Assembly (NCBI GenBank): GCA_051294375.1
Contig: CM119265.1
Coordinates: 6,519,495-6,583,488 of the forward strand
Length of the DNA: 63,994 bases
Source: Paraspadella gotoi
Taxonomy: Eukaryota; Animalia; Chaetognatha
Direction of reading: 5' to 3'
Below, piece after piece: positions 24,016-36,300 of the stretch. Position numbers and translations under genes: made by a program. The notes under the pieces are model-generated. The model was not told the origin of the DNA and did no database searches. It was given only the letters and a program-made list of their open reading frames with translations. Each line of letters starts with the position of its first letter. The stretch's first letter is position 1.

Positions 24016-27000
24016 TTACAATTCCATCGGGGTGTGTTTATCGTCGACCTGGTGAGAGGTGACTCGAAGCACCTGGCGAGACGCCTGGTAGTCTGGAGGA
24101 ACGTATTGATTCGCTTGTGGATGAGCCATCCTAGAGGGCGACGAGGTGAAGTTGTTGGCATGGTCGTTTCGGTAACCGGAGGAAAAGCTCGCGGCCGAAT
24201 CCTGTTGCTGGAAAAACAATGCTCGCTGCTGCTGCTGCGTTCTCCATGAGGGCTGGTGGTTGCGGTGATGGTGGTGACGCGGAGACGATTGCTCACTGAT
24301 GCAAAACGGATTGGAGGACGAAGGCGGGGAGAAGGGCGCGTAGGAGGTCGGATGTTGCGTCGCCATCGGAAGCGTTCCATAGCCCGCGACATCGTCCCTA
24401 TGCGGGGGCGCTGAGGCTGCGTCGCCGGCGCCGAAGCGGCATGACGACGAAAACAGCGAAGGGATGACGTCGCAGAGTAAAGGCTGAGAAGTCGAGGATG
24501 AGGCTGCTCCCTCTGGAGACAAGGATGATGGCCAACCGCCAGAAACGACGACAGAGAGTTGGCCTGAAATTTTGTCGAATCAATTGTCATGATATGAAAT
24601 TGTACCAACACACAAAAGCCTTTTCTAACCAGTCGATGTGGGTGGATGCCCGTGACTCGATTGCGGGAAGAGTGCAGGAAGGGGCGTCGGGGGAACATCG
24701 TCCGAAGCGGAGGGCGGGGTGACGCAGGGTGATTGGGTGGCCGTCGGTTCTACCTGCGGCTGAGTCTGTCGCGGCTTGTCGTTATTTGGCTTCCGCCGGG
24801 GAGAAGGCTTGGCGAGGGAAAAAGGTGCGGAGGCAGGAGGGAAGGGGGGCGCCGTCAACGAAGGCGGTGTCACCGAGGGCGGGGTGATAAAGGGATGAGA
24901 GATGTCGCCCTGTGACGCGACGGCGCCGTCCTGGAATGTCATTGGTTGAGTCGTCGTCGGAAGAATTCCTGAAGATTGAAACGCGACATGATTAACCACA
25001 GCAAACGCTTTGATTTGTAGGCGCTATATATATATATAATTATATATTATATATATATTACATATAGATACATAGAAGAAATTGAAACAGCGGGCATTCT
25101 CAAGATATCTGTCGGCAATGACAGGACGCGAAAATACCTACCGTTTGGTCGATGGTCCCGAGGCAACACTGACGGTTGAACCACGTTCTCCTGAACGATG
25201 ATCCTCCTCCTCGGCATCTCGGAAACGACGGCGTCAGGCAGACCGGAAACGCTTTGGAACCAAGCAGCGACATCTACCAATGCCGCTTGATAGTGGAGGA
25301 TGAAGTCGTGAATGAGGAGGGGCTTGTATTTGGGACGACGCTTGTAATCTTTGATCAAACTAAAATAGGCGACGCGGGAGCGGCAATGAGAATCGTAAAT
25401 ATAACTTCATAAAATTGAAAGCCCATCCTTTACCAGTACTTGACGAAATCACAGAACTGAGTTGAAAATTTTCCATCTGTCCTTAGAGAGGGCGGTTCCT
25501 GCGTGAGTACTTGCGTTAAAACCTCAAAATCGGTTTTGCAGTTTTTGTAGGGAAATTCTCCGGTCGCTAGTTCAACCTGTCAAGTAGGTATAGTTAGAGA
25601 GTAAGTTGAAACTGGTTCGGCGAAGATTGATCAGCTTCCCAACACAAATCACCAGGGAAATTCCTAAAGACCAGACATCGGCCCTAACGTCATAGTCGGG
25701 CTTGGTTGGATCCGGGGGGTCGATGCGTTCCGGAGCCATGTAAGCGGCACATCCGGCTGAACGTGTCTTGGCCTAGGTTTGATAAACAAAGCATCCTCAG
25801 AACTTAATCATTTTAGAATCAATTCTTTTTTTTTAACTACTTTTTTCAATCAAACGTATCCGTTTAAGAACTGATTAAATATTTATTATCAATTGATGCA
25901 TTTTGTAGAAACTGTTTTTTTCTTTCTTCAGATATTCACCTTGGAATCGACGAGTCTCCCCGAAATTCCAAAATCACACAGTTTAATGTTCCCTTTGGAG
26001 TCGAGAAGAATGTTCGACGGCTTGACATCTAAAATAACGCAACAAAACAAAAAATCGCGATAAAATCATGTTATACAAAAGCTACATTATAACAATAACA
26101 ACCATGATTCCTGAGCAATGAGCATAATACAAATTTTAGCATATAAAAGCATGTACATTGTACAATGTAGACTAGTGCTTAAACGCTTAACGCCAGGTTG
26201 TTTACTGTTTAGTACTTGAGAGGGGTTTGGCTGTGTTCTTGGTTGTCACAACACGCAAACTCACCTCTGTGAATGACGCCATGCCTCTCTTTGAGGTAGC
26301 TGAGAGCCTGCACAGTCGCAACAGACATCTTGCCGAGGATGGCCTCGGGAATTCCTTCACCGTTCAGTCGCCGAGCTAATTTGTCGAAGCATGTCGACAT
26401 TAGCTCCATGCAGATCCAAACCTTAAAGAAGAAATAAAAAATGCCAATCAATCAATCAATCAATTAAATCAAGCGTTTAATCTAATCATTTAATCAATCA
26501 ATCTATCAGTAATTAATAAAATCTTTAAATCAATAAATTTAGTAAATAAATAAAATAATTTAATGATCTTATTTCATCATTAAATGAATCAAATAAAATC
26601 ATTCTGTACAATCAATCAATCAGCGGTTATTTCTATTATTCGCGGAAATTTGCATCAATTTACAAAAACTAAACGATAAAAATTGAGGCAAAAAGTGGTG
26701 TTAGCAGACCTTATGGTAGCGTGAGACAAACATAATAAACCGAACCTCGCTTTGCGTGATGAAGCATCCAACGCACTCGACAATAAAGGCGCAGTCGTGA
26801 CTTTTGATCACGACATCGAGATCCATGATGATCCTCTTGTTCTCCTCGCGATTCGCCGAACGACGCATTTGCTTTACCGCAATCAGCGTATCCGACGGTC
26901 GGTGGCGCATCTGCACAAGTATGCGGAATGGAATTAACACAGTACTAAGAAGTAAGCAAAATTCTTTCTGGCAACCCCCATCTAACCTTGACCACATGGC

Positions 27001-27749
27001 CGCAAGTTCCCCAACCCAGTTCGCCGACTTGCTCCAATTCGTTCATCTCCGTCGGCACTTTTTGATCGTTGACCGTCAAGATTCCAGTTTGATCCATGAT
27101 CTCTTGGTATTTCCTTTCGATCTCGGCTGCGTAATGATTATGGGCAAATTATACGTCGTAAAGCACTGATATAATATGGCACTTCTGCTTACAGATGAGC
27201 AGAATTCTAGGCTAATTAATTATCAAAATTAGAATTAATCTTGAACTACCTTTAGAAAGAATAATCCCCAAAACTCACTCACCGGCGTCTTGTTGCCTAT
27301 GAGGCTCGGAATGCTTATGCGTCCAGGGTTGATCCATCTTCCGATGGGTGCGCCTTGGTCCGTTCAGGTCGGTCACGTTCGGTCGCGGGGGTTTTCCAAG
27401 AGGAAGATTAACTAATACATAAAATAAGATCTTACGTACTAGAGTCCAGATCACAACCAACAGGCAACCACCAAAAATAATTAAACTTACGTCCTTCCGG
27501 CCGACGCGTGGGACTCGCGGTTCCGGAATTGTGTCGAGGCGACGTCAGTTCCATGCGGCGCGCGCATCCGTTGGACGAGGTGGGCGCCACCGTCACCGAG
27601 TCGCTCGAACGCCCGACATCAATGTTTTCAGCCATCAGGCGTCGCTGAAGATCTTCCATTTTGAGCTGCAATGTCGAGAGACCGGGGAGAGGCGCCGGTC
27701 TTGAAGCCCCAGTGGAGGAGGGCGTCGAGGAAGACGCCGCCATCCTCAT
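24016..27749 (-). CDS. MAP2K7: Dual-specificity MAP kinase kinase 7 (MKK7/hemipterous)
   Basis: Exons give [117 protein letters not shown] and [16 protein letters not shown], as in MKK7. Two further low-complexity exons run to the stop at 24016. Confidence 0.96.
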
Positions 27750-28319
27750 CGATTCGATTACGTTGGGGATCGGAATGAAACTATCATCGGCGACCAAGAC
27801 ATTTCAAGACGTTAACGCAATGTAGGGACTGTTATTTTTCAGCGCTTCACTTTTAAAAATAAATATTTTTAAGTGGTTTTTCAAAAGACGCCAAAACCGC
27901 GGTCGGCAAAAGTAAAATTTAGCCACGAAAATAATGTCTATGTATTATATGGATTGGATATCTTCATATTTTGCTGCAGTTTTACTCATTGCATGATGGG
28001 GATTAAAAACGGAGAAACACAAATTTGGTTTCAGTTACTTTTGGATATTTCCGCAATGCTGCGGTTGGCGCTTTCTGTCGCGCACAATGGCCCCACCGCG
28101 CGGAGCTCGCTGCGGCCGCTGGGTTTTATAGCGGCTGCGTTCTTTCATAATCGTCGTCGTCGTTTTCGTCGTCGTAAGAAGTGTTGTTCATTGACTTTCA
28201 ACAAAAGACCAACTCTTTGGGCAATACAAAAAGTAGGAACATGGTAATTATTTTTCTGTCTTTTCTTTAGACGAAATAACAATTTTTTAGTTTTTCACAA
28301 CGAATTTTATTTTTATAGT

Positions 28320-28362
28320 AGCAAACATGTTTCGAACGTGCATTTCGTTCTTCATCAGTGCT
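28320..28362 (-). ncRNA. Minimal type I hammerhead ribozyme (intact core) in the inverted pLTR
   Basis: AGCA-CUGAUGA-A-GAACG-aaaugca-CGUUC-GAAAC-AU-GUU-UGCU. Confidence 0.82.
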
Positions 28363-28404
28363 TTAACTGAATTACATAAAATTTGGTAGTTTAAAGTTGG
28401 TATT

Positions 28405-28499
<95 letters not shown>

Positions 28500-29285
28500 A
28501 CAAAGGGATAAAGCTTCCAACAAAGGGTGAGGACAGCTGAAGTTTTAGCTCAGATTGAGGGATACAGAAGGGAAAAAGAAAATGAAAATCAGGTAATAAA
28601 TTAGGCTTTACATTGAATAATATACAACAAATATGGTCACTTCCTGTCAGCCATAGCAGAGCACGCGCATGAAACAGGCCATCTGTTCAGAGAAACTGAC
28701 TGTCACATGCTGGCCAGAGACAATAACTGGTACACAAGAGGTATTAGAGAGGCAATATACATCAGAGCCCTCGAGCCCTCTTTGAACCGTGATGGAGGGC
28801 GATTCCAGCTGCCCCCCAGCTACGACTTGCTCCTCAGTGGCGTGATGGTTCATCCTGAACCACCCAAGCCCCACAACAACTCCCCTGTCCCTACTCAACG
28901 GGGCAGAGGGAGACCTTCCCTGGCACGTCAGTGGCCAAGCAGTACCGCATCTTCAACTGTAGCAACCCGGGATGACTCTCCTCATCCCGGGCACCTACCC
29001 AAAAGACGGCTGCAGCTGGAAGGTGGTGGGGACCCTGAGCCAGCTGCAAAGCAGGCAAGAAGGGGACCAGGCCCACCTCCTCAGCAGAGGAGAGGAGGGC
29101 AAGCTGTAAGGATGACAGGCCTCGTGGACATTAGGGTTGCAATGGGTCTTATCCCAGACACTACCCGATCACAGGCCAATGACCATCCTAATAACCAGCC
29201 CTAACCTGCCAATGACCCTCATCTGACGGCCTATAAAGGGGGAGGGGGCCAGCTCATTTTGAGCTTCATTCTTTATCTTTCTCTT

Positions 29286-29520
29286 TATGGTGGACTAAAA
29301 TCCATCAACCGTTCATCAGCGGCCATTGGTGCCGGAGGCAAGTCATTCGCCTCCCAACCCAAAAGGTCCGGGGTTCTAGCCCGGTGGTCGCCTTGCAGTT
29401 AAGAGGGACGGGGCGCTTAACCCGCCTGTAACACGGTGTTACAGCCTGATCCGAAGCTCAGGGACTACTTATATTGAACGGTTCTGTCATTAACACATAT
29501 CAATAATTACTGTCTCTTCA
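29286..29520 (+). mobile_element. Type B structured insert (B2), 4-bp TSD TCTT, nested in the PLE 3' region
   Basis: TATGG...TCTTCA bounded by TCTT/TCTT. Internal tRNA-like fold: acceptor GCGGCCA/TGGTCGC, D-stem GGTG/CATT, TTCGCCTCCCA anticodon region, T-arm CCGGG-GTTCTAG-CCCGG. Confidence 0.85.
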
Positions 29521-29825
29521 TCTTTCACATTTTTCAACTTTCCATTTTCAAACCAAACTAAACTAAACAAACTAATTTATTCCAATTGTTATTGTTATCA
29601 TTTAATTTTCTATTTTTAATTTACCTCTCTACTTTTCATTTTAGTTTACAATGCTTTTTTATTAGTTGTACATTATTCAATGTAAAGCCAAATTTATTGC
29701 CTCTGTATTATCTCTCCCCTGATTTTCATTTTCTTTTTCCCTTCTGTATCCCTCAATCTGAGCTAAAACTACAGCTGTCCTCACCCTCTAATGTTGCCTT
29801 CCCAAATTTTATGTAATTCAGTTAA

Positions 29826-29868
29826 AGCACTGATCAAGAACGAAATGCACGTTCGAAACATGTCTGCT
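29826..29868 (+). ncRNA. Hammerhead ribozyme copy in the 3' pLTR with G8C core change
   Basis: AGCA-CUGAUCA-A-GAACG-aaaugca-CGUUC-GAAAC-AU-GUC-UGCU. Confidence 0.72.
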
Positions 29869-30300
29869 ACTATAAAAATAAAATTCGTTGTGAAAAACAA
29901 AAAAATTGTTATTTCGTCTAATCATTATACCAACGAAAAGAAAGATTTACAAACAATCTATCTTTTCTATATTGAATATTTGCTAATCAATTTATTCATT
30001 TATACTTATACTTTACTACCGGGGCCACAACGAAAACCATAATTCGCCAGACGCAATATTTTTGTATTTTTTCTTCACCTCAGAGTTTTCACTCTATCCA
30101 TAATTTTCGCCCTCAATTGTTACATACATATTAATCAATGCTCCTACCCTGAACAAATAACAAACACATTACAGAAACGTCTTAGATCAATGGCATTCTT
30201 TAGAATTTTTTTATAATCTTTATGACACCATTTTTTTTAGTTATTTCCGAAACTAGACAGTTATAGAGTTAGTCCAAGGGAGTCCGCACTCTGCGGGCCA

Positions 30301-33300
30301 ATGAATAAAAACAACAATCACGCGGGGCGCGGGGGCGGCGGAATTGGCAGTCAAAGAAGTAGCAATTACGGAGAAAAGGGTTCGAGGTATAACAGAAACA
30401 AGTCAAACGACGAGGATGATAACCCGCCACCTTCGTCACTGCCAAGAGGGTTGGCCACGCCGCTGGTTGGCGAAGGTAGACTTTAACTTAAAAAAAAGTA
30501 ATTAAGTATTAAGGCGATATTGTGGAACGAGGTTCAGATCGATATACCCACTTAGTAACAATCGTTACCTCCTAGTTAGAACGTCTTTTCCCCCTAGTCA
30601 AAATGTTATTTTGCTGCTCAAATTTGAGTCAAAATGTCATTTCATAAGTCAAAATATTATTTCCCTCTTATCTTAATTTAAATGTCATTTTATAAGACAA
30701 AATGTTATGTCGTAGGTCAAAGTGCTATTACACAATTTAAAATACTATTTTGCGAGTTAAAATATCATTTTACAAAACAATATTGCTGGGCGAGTTTGAG
30801 TATTGAATTTTGAAGCAAAGGAAATTTAAAAATATCATCCTGCGAATCAAAATATAGTTTTAAAAATTAAAATGCAAATTAAAATATTTTTTACGTCAAA
30901 ATATTCTTTGATATAATTAAAAAATTAAACGAAATAAAACAAAAACTGTTCAGGAAAACAGTTTTGTTTTATTATTTTACTCCTGTAACTATAACATAAT
31001 ATAAAATAATTTGAAATATTATACACTTCATTGATAGGGAAGCCAGGTACTTTGGGAGTAAATAAACAAGACTGAGAGAGTCTTGATTGAAAACTTGCAG
31101 GGACCTGCTCTGTCATTATTTTGTAAGAGTGATGGAGGCCACCACCATGCCTGTCCAAAGTCAGGGGCAAGATAGCTTATTTATTAAATAATAATAATAA
31201 ATAATTTTTATATTTGTTGTACCAATTTCATAATATGGCAGAAGGGGTTCGATACGGTGGAAATCTTATGAATGCCATTGGTGACGACATGAAGAAGGAA
31301 ATGACTAAAGGCGCTGAACGGGGCGTGGAAAAGGGATTAGATCACGTCCGAAATGAGGCAGAGGCGCAAGGCTTGAAGGGCGCCAAAAACGTCAGAGACA
31401 TGGACGGGTTCATTAGCATGCTCGCCAAGAACATCGAAGCGTATCTTCCCGATACTAACCGAAACTTCGCGACGACAAGCATTTTTCTCAGCGAAGGAAT
31501 GGAGGGTCTCGACCCACAAATTGCTGTCGAAGATTGCAGCTGCAAACCACCTTTGTTGGAAGCGCTGAAAAAACAAGTAGAGGCGTTGGCCAAAGAAAGA
31601 GGTAAATTCATCCAGGTTAGAAAATGGCAAAATTAAAATGATCGTAGTATCTGAAAAGATTTTCTTCAAACGGTCGACAAATATAATTTAAAAAAAAGAC
31701 AAAAGAAAAATACTCAAGAAGTCTTGGGTATTTTTCTTTTGTATTTTTTTGAAATTAGTCTTAACATTATAATTAGAATTGATTGTTGTTTTCCTTTCTT
31801 TTCGTTGGTTAAGTTAGCAAGAGAAATATTGATTTTTCACAACGAATTTTTATTTCACATTAGTCGAGCATGAAAACGCACGCGCTAAAAAAATTATGTT
31901 TGAAAGAGAGGCGCTATCGCTCCGCGCTCAGCTTTCCGACGCTTTAGACTCTCAAAGGAGGCAAGAAGCGGAAACTCACTCTTTGGAAGGGAGAATCGAA
32001 GGACTATTGGCCGAACTCCAGGTTCAAAATTTAATTGATCAGTGCGTCGTTTCATGATGGCGAGTCAAAAGACTCCGTTCGTACAGTCAAAGGACGAACA
32101 GCTTGTGAACGCGGAAACGCTGCAGGAAAGAATTAGGACGGAGCTTGTCATTAAACATGGGGAACTCGCAAAGGAAATGCAAGAGAAAACGCGAGCTGAA
32201 ACTGAAGTCGATATCTTAGAAGAACAGGTTTTTATCATCATTTTGTTTCTAACGATTTATTTAGATTTTATGCATTGGTTGAGAAATTTAATTGAACTTT
32301 GTAAAAAAGAGAATATATTGTTGTATAGTTATAGTTATGAATCGACAGCTTCATTGAGCATATTTTAGTGCCATGAGCCGGGAAAGGAAAATAAATTGAG
32401 TACTGAGTATATAAATTATCGAGTCAAGTTATCTTTAAAAATAGTCTCGCTCCATTGAAGTTTTTTTAATTTCATATTGCTTAATGAAATCATATTGCAC
32501 CTCATTTTATCTTCAGAATGCGATTCTCCAAAAGCAAGTTTACGAATATGACGAAGAGAGAATGGCAGCAGAAAGGATGAGAAACGAAGAGCATTCGTTC
32601 AGGATTAAAGCTCAAGCGAAGCAAAAAAATGCAGAAATGCAGCTGATGGCTGACGCCGATATGTACCAAGATCAAATAGCCGCGTTGAAGGTGACTAGAA
32701 ATCGATAATCGGTATTTAATAAATTCTCTTATACTTATTCCCGATGATTAAATAGGAACAAGTCAAACTCATGGGACAGCAGAAGGCTATTGCAGAAAAA
32801 GAGGCATCGGATCTTCGGTCTAAAGTAGATGGTCTCGTTGAAACTATAGAGACCCAAGCAAATCATGTATCGTATCTTCAAGAGACCCTTGGAAAGCAAG
32901 AGGATGATTTTAAGAAAGAGATTGAACTTTTAAAAAAGGAGATAGAATCGCTGGAAGAAACATTAAAGGAGTCCAAAGAAAAATGTGCTAAGGATTTGAG
33001 TGAGGTAGAACAGTCGCGCATTCAGTGCAACAACTTGTTACTCAGAGCTACTAAAGAAATCGCTCACCTTGACCAAACAACAGAGGATTTAAGAGAGACT
33101 GTCGATGCTCTTAATGAGGAGGCGCGAAAGCTAAAAGAGGAAAAATCTGACTTGGCAGCTGAGATGCAAAGAAGAGAAAAGAGGTGGAATGACGATAAAT
33201 CCAAGCTACTGTATGAACTGAACCGATTAACAGAAGTTAATGCACTTATGGATGAGAAACGCAGTGATGCTGAGAACCGAATGCTGGCCATGGAAGGAGA

Positions 33301-36300
33301 GCTTCTCAATGCGCAAAAGAATGCGGATATTAAGAGGCAAGAGATGGACAATCTCAAAGTGGCCATGGACAAGCGAACAGAGGCGCTTGACTATTCTATG
33401 CGTGGTGCCACTGACAAACTTCACCTGGAAATTGAGTCTTTAAGGAGCGCATTGAGACTAAAGGGTGAAGAGTTGATGGCGATGAAAACTGCTGTTAATA
33501 TGGCGGGAGGCGACATGTCTTTGATGCCAACCAATGAAGAGGATCATCGTAAGGTAATGCGAGAATCACAGAATCTGAAAGAAGAGAATGAATCACTGAG
33601 AGGAAGCCTTGAGGAAGCAGCTCTTGAAATCAATGACCTTCAACAAGCGACAGAAACACTGCAAAGTGAGAAAAAGTCATTAATGGAGGAGAGGGTAGAT
33701 GCTCAACAAGTCATACAGGAGCGGACCGGCGATTTACAAAGCGAACTGGAAGTCCAAAGGCTCCAGGTCAAAACACTCGTTGAGCAGGTGGAGGAGCTTA
33801 CATCTCAGTTGGAGAAAATAGAGGATGAGCGAGACAAATTAACTAATGTCTTAAAGCAACAGCTCGAGGCTGCAAATTTGTATATACAGCAAGTACCACC
33901 CACAGCTGCTCAAGCAGTAGCTTTCCCTCCTCCGGGTACTCAAGGGTTAGTGTCTGCCACACCGGCAAACATAACGCAACAACCTAACATGATGCCACAG
34001 GCTAACATGATGCCACAGGCTAACACAATGCCGCAAGGTAACACGATGCCGCAAGGTAACGCGATGCCGCAAGCTACCACTATGGGCATGGCTGAAGCAC
34101 CTCCACCGCCACCTATGTCACCAATATTACCACCGATGGAGGCACAGGTTTCACCCTATTCACCCCAATATCAATCAGAACCCCGGCAAGGGCAAACTTT
34201 GCCTGTGGTGCAAAAAACGTCTCTTGAACAACTTTCAGAAGAAATAAAAATTGCTAAGGATTATACTATCAAAAAAGGTATCGGTCAGGCTCTGCAAACA
34301 GCCGGTATAAATAATGAGGAATTGCAAAGATTAGCGGACACATATGATAATCAGCATATCGACTTAAACTTGAAAATTGAAGAATTTATTGACAAGGCTA
34401 TAAAATACAGGTCAGAAAAAATATACTTAAATCAGCTGAACAAGGATCTGAAAGCGCAGAATTACTTTCTGACTCTGGAGCTTGAACATTACAAAAAGTT
34501 TGAGCACCGACTCAAGGAGGCTGGTCTCGTCGATGAGGACGAATTAAGAAACATGAAAGTTGATGTAGCTGAGGAAATTGCGAAGAGAGGTCCTCCAACG
34601 GACTTGGATCCTGACGTTCAAGCGGCTATTAAAAAGGGTGATTTCCCCAAATCATCCATTATGAAAATGACGACTTTATTTGCTGAGCAACAACACATCC
34701 TGGATATGGGAGACATGTTTCACAACATAGATGACCTGCTTCATGCTCTGAGACAAGACATAACAACAGAGACCAGAGCTCTGAAGAAAGAGATTGAGAG
34801 TATCATTCGTCTCGTTGACAACATGAAAGGCGAAAAGGATGAAAACGCAAATATTTCGCGCTTTCAAAGCGTTCAAAGAACTAGCTCTTCCCGGGAGTCT
34901 GATTTAAAAAAATCGTTAAAAACTCTGGAAAACTCATACAGAAAATCAAGTAGTTCAGACCAGGATCATCAACAGGCTGAAACGCGATCGACTTCTAGCA
35001 AAGGGCAGAACAAAGGTTCAATTAATTCTTCTAACAACCAGGAAACTACCAGAAATCGAAAATATAATCTATCATCAACCATTCGGAATGAAAACTTGCA
35101 TTTTGTGGAGGATGCCATGAAAAGTAATAAGACGGTACATGCTACACAATCACCAGAAGCACGGTTTGATCAAGAAAACGTTCCAAATTTTTCGATGGCC
35201 TCGCATTTTCACGACGACCGCAAAAACGAAGAAACCAACATGGAAGTCGAGGAAGAAAAAACAGATAATAACAATGCATATGTGTTGGAGAGCGTTCCAT
35301 TGATAAAGACGCCAGGACAACATCCAGATGATTTTCGGCACGCCCAACTGCGTTTCCTCGAGCCACCTCCTGCACCAGCGTCTTTAAGCACTTGTCATCG
35401 GGAGAAGCCGGACGTCCGAGTGCCTCCTGGACCAGCCAAGCCAGATGAACAGGGCAACTCCTGGGTGATGGACGATGCTGGCCGAAACTGGCTGCGTGAC
35501 GAGGAAGGGAGAATGTGGAGAAAAGGCCTTGATGGAAACCAGTATATGGTTGATGAAAACGGCGTCAAATGGATGGTGGATAGCACAGAGGGGAAGAAAT
35601 GGCGGACCAACAAAAAAGGACAAATGGTCATGATGGACGAGTGTGATTTGGAGTGGATCTTAGATGACGAGGGATGTGCATGGAGAAGAGATGAAAATGA
35701 CAATGAAATTATGCAGGATCCACATGGAATCATTTGGACCATGGATGACATGGGGAGGGGATGGAGGGAGAACGATAAGGGTCAAACGATAATGTTGGAT
35801 GGGGAAGGAAGGCAATGGAAATTTGACCAGTTACGACGTGTTGGATTTCGACGCGACTCGTTCGGGCAGAGGCGCATGATAGATATGAATAGTTGTGTTT
35901 GGTTCGTCACTGATGATGCCCGAGCCTGGCGCCTCGATCAGAGGCTGGATTTGCGCATGATGGATTCGCGAAACCAACAGTGGGTCTATGACGGGTCAGA
36001 GGTCCAGTGGCTTCTCAATGAGCAAGGCCAAAGGGCGAGACCAGCCAGAATGGACGAAGTTTTCCCCATTCCAGACGAAGTGCGACTCTCTCTCCAGAGA
36101 ACGAGAAATAACGCGGGAGCCGCGATTTCATGTAGTACGACGAGCACAGTGTCGAAGGTTTCGGAGAGAAAGCGAAGGAAGAAGAGGAGGAGGGGGGATA
36201 AAGAAGTAGTCCGAGGAAGGGAGAAACAAAATGAAAAGAAAAGGCGAAGACGCAGCAGAGATAAACGATCCGATTTAGGCTCTGAAGAATCAGAATCGTC

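Larger units (their letters stand above)
28268..29920 (+). mobile_element. 5'-truncated Penelope-like retroelement with inverted 5' pseudo-LTR
   Basis: 28625-29204 encodes SAIAEHAHETGH...DNNWYTRGIREAIYIRALEPSLNRDGG (C-terminal half of the PLE GIY-YIG endonuclease). CCAAT/TATA motifs at 29175-29237. 28268-28630 is an inverted copy of 29665-29920, each with a hammerhead. Confidence 0.88.

Noticed and set aside
29318-29392. Functional tRNA-Gly gene
   Set aside because: The anticodon stem is unpaired, the T-arm is non-canonical, and it is embedded in a dispersed repeat.
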